A stretch of 64,000 nucleotides of DNA from the human T2T-CHM13v2.0 reference genome, Homo sapiens. Both the position numbers and the translations under genes were made by a program. The DNA lies in the NCBI GenBank assembly GCA_009914755.4, contig CP086569.2, positions 8,352,001 to 8,416,000 of the forward strand. The letters run 5' to 3'. This document shows, piece after piece, positions 61,675 through 64,000 of this stretch. Every line of letters begins with the position of its first letter. Positions within the stretch are counted from its first letter, which is position 1. Below the pieces are notes generated by a model, which was not told where the DNA came from, ran no database searches, and worked only from the letters and a program-made list of their open reading frames with translations.

Positions 61675-63889
61675 GTAAATTCAATGGGCCCTTTGGACAG
61701 GACTACTAGTGTCTCCCCCTGGTTTGGCCAAAAGACAATGAAACTCTAGGAGATGCCTATTTTTTTTTTATGTGTTGTGCCCCTGTTCTATCAAGAAAAG
61801 ATGCTTTCTTGCAGGGGGAGGTGATTTGGATGCCAGCGTGTCTCTGCCCACCTCCCAATTCACTGCGGATTCATGATCCACAGCATAATAAAGAACATAG
61901 ATCTCTGCAGCCCAATCAGAGCCACCCAGACATACCACCAAAAGTGAGGAGACTAAAAAAAAATTCACTGAAGTGTGTTAGCCACCTTCTTTTAAGCAGA
62001 CTCCACACACAATGCACACACACATACACACATAATGTCACACACAAAAACACAGAAATCTGATACTCACAATACTTACACAGAAACACACAGCCCAGCA
62101 GCTCCTGAGGTTGCATGGTTTTGTAGGAAGCTCTGCCTGGGAGAGAGAAACACCAGCTGGACTATACCTAGAAATCACAGTAGGGCTAGTTTCAAAAAGA
62201 CTCACCCCTATGTCTAGTCAGGACTGAGGAATCCTGCAGATCTTTTCAGATCCTCAGGGATTTCATGGTTTATTCCTGGGGCTGTGCTTGATGTTTCTTC
62301 AGACTGGCTCATGTCTGCCCTCACCTTGGATCATGGGACTATGTGGTTGATTCCACAGAGAAGACAGGTGACAGTCCACCACCTACACACCTCCACAGAG
62401 GTATCTTTCTCCACCAAGCTTCAGAGACTTTTTGCTTGGCAATGGTGACATTCATTGGGAAGTTAACCAGAGCTCACAATCATGCCTGGTGCTTTTAGAC
62501 TACTGCCTGCACATTCCTGCAGCAGGCTTAGATGCCCAGATGTCAGAGCTCTCAATCAGCTTAAACAGAAGTAAATTGTACACGCAGAGCTGGCCAGGTA
62601 TTGGGAAAAAGAATGCATGTGAAAACCCACTTTGGGACTGTAAAAGTCTAGACCTCAGGGTCCCTTCAAGGCATCTCCATGGACAGGTACCGCTGGAGGA
62701 AGAGGTGTTTTAAGACTGTGAGGTGGTCACTGGAAACTGATCTTCTGGCTCCATTCCAGAAAGAGGCTGTGTGCAAGAATCGGGTCCCATGGGGTTTGGA
62801 ATATTGTCTGGTGTATTGTTGAGGGTTCATAGGGTGATGGAATCATACCTGAGACCCCCAAGTTTGGTGTCAATGAATGATGGCCAGGCTCTTGACCTCA
62901 CCACCTCCCTTCATCCTGGGCCTTGCAGGGGTTGTCCCCAAAAGGCAGGAACCATGACAAAGGCAAGTCCAAGGTGGTGCAGTGTCCTGACACCTCTGTC
63001 TGGCCTCTCATGGTTGCAGGTGAAGTTAAGAGAGTATCTCAGAGGCTATCTGTGCTGATGGCAAGCCTGAAAATGGTGTCAGGTAGTGCTGTGGAGGGGC
63101 ATTGTGGATTCCCCATGAAAGCAAAGAAAAATCAAAGCTCACCTGAGAACAAGCTGCCTTGTGCTGAAGTTTAAGCAATGTTCAATGATCCTTCTCAGAG
63201 GACTCAAAAGCCCCAGTCAAAGTGCAAACGATGTCAGCCCCCACAATGAGAAAATGACCCACAATCTGAAGACCAGCCAACCTACCTGAAGTCCCTTTTG
63301 CTCTTCAAAATTCCTGACAGCTACTTAATCTGTAGCAAGAGGCAGTCTCATCCAGCAACAGCCCAAATGAAAGAGCCCTCCCACTATGAGAAGGCCCTGC
63401 AGCTAGAATGAAGCTGAGTCTGGATTATCAAGCATAAGCCAGACATGGTGGCCTGCTTCTCATCCTACAGGAATCATGTAGACCTCCGACAGAAGTGGGA
63501 GAAAAAGAGTTTCCTTGTTGGTGCCTGTCACTGGAATTTACAGTTTTAAAAGTATCAAATCTGCCCAGTGATTAAAACGTGAATGTTTAGAAGGAAAATA
63601 TGCAAAGGATTCCCATGAGGGTCTTTCTCTGTGAATGTTTAGTGTGGAAGTCTTTGAGCCAGATCCAGGGATCCTTAAGCCAAGTAGTAACATGGAACTC
63701 AGGAAAACAAGAGGCATGCATGGAGGCCACATCCCACCCAGCATCAATATATTCAACTTCCATTTGACTCTGGGCATGAAAGCCCTCAAATCAGGAGCTT
63801 GCCGGCATGGCTCCTATTTGCACTCCAAATGTTCCTTGCACGTTGGAGTACTCTGACCTGAATACAGTACTCTGACCTGTTTATTGCAG
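61515..63889 (+). repeat. Unit U23 (~2375 bp)
   Basis: Boundary ..catgttttttgcag|GTGAAGTTGTGGGACACCATCACCCCTCACCAG. Confidence 0.65.
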
Positions 63890-64000
63890 TTGAAGTCGGG
63901 GCACCCCATCCTGCCCTCATCAGATTGTATCATTACCCCTTTCTGACCTAATTGCTGCTCATACTCTATGTCTCAGGATGAAATCCCAAGACCTTGGAAG
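63890..64000 (+). repeat. Unit U24 (partial, truncated by the window end)
   Basis: ..tttattgcag|TTGAAGTCGGGGCACCCCATCCTGCCCTCATCAGATTGTATCATTACCCC..GATGAAATCCCAAGACC. Confidence 0.6.

Larger units (their letters stand above)
22566..64000 (+). repeat. Tandem macrosatellite array, part B (3' end of U6 through partial U24)
   Basis: The same unit resumes immediately after the ERV 3' LTR (..aagagaatgtgaggtcagatttgctggaagcttctgtgtcatctgtctt..). Motif recurrences near 22635, 25031, 27406, 29864, 32290, 35676, 38211, 39870, 42321, 44903, 47425, 49915, 50975, 52011, 54490, 57669, 61515 and 63890. Confidence 0.92.

Noticed and set aside
1-64000. CRISPR array, or a prokaryotic defence island or operon, as the suggestion of a novel system might imply
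   Set aside because: The periodicity is ~2.45 kb, not 25-50 bp repeats with unique spacers, and there are no cas-like ORFs. The sequence is CpG-depleted, has splice-site-like motifs, an LTR retrovirus and (CA)n/(TTTA)n microsatellites. It is mammalian-type eukaryotic DNA.

Overview
Eukaryotic, mammalian-type noncoding window (CpG-depleted, with (CA)n, (TTTA)n and poly(T) microsatellites and an LTR retrovirus). I find no convincing host protein-coding gene, rRNA, tRNA or CRISPR array. The window is dominated by a head-to-tail tandem array of a ~2.45 kb repeat unit (a macrosatellite), about 27 full or partial copies, all on the + strand. Copies differ from each other by roughly 10-20 percent by eye. 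Each unit carries a ~160 nt exon-like module with an AG acceptor and a GT donor (..TTTTGCAG|GTGAAGTTG....GAATTCGAG|GTAAATTCAAGG..), a variable poly(T)/T-rich tract, a (CA)n microsatellite and a long microsatellite-free body. The array is interrupted once, at 16404-22565, by a ~6.2 kb degenerate class I (gammaretrovirus-like) endogenous provirus on the + strand: LTR-gag-pol-[env mostly deleted]-PPT-LTR, with the capsid 'major homology' stretch, a CCHC zinc knuckle, RT YIDD and integrase motifs recognisable despite stops and frameshifts. Several units are structural variants. These include internal deletions of ~0.75-1.5 kb, a triplicated (CA)n-bearing sub-segment, a hybrid unit with a ~620 bp internal duplication, and a ~99 percent identical 765 bp inverted duplication (arms 54974-55738 and 56134-56898, 395 bp spacer). 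The ORFs in the supplied track are short, overlap on both strands, and sit in different frames in homologous positions of different units, so I treat them as noise. I cannot name the repeat family from memory. A Dfam/RepeatMasker or BLAST search of one unit would settle whether it is a described satellite or macrosatellite.
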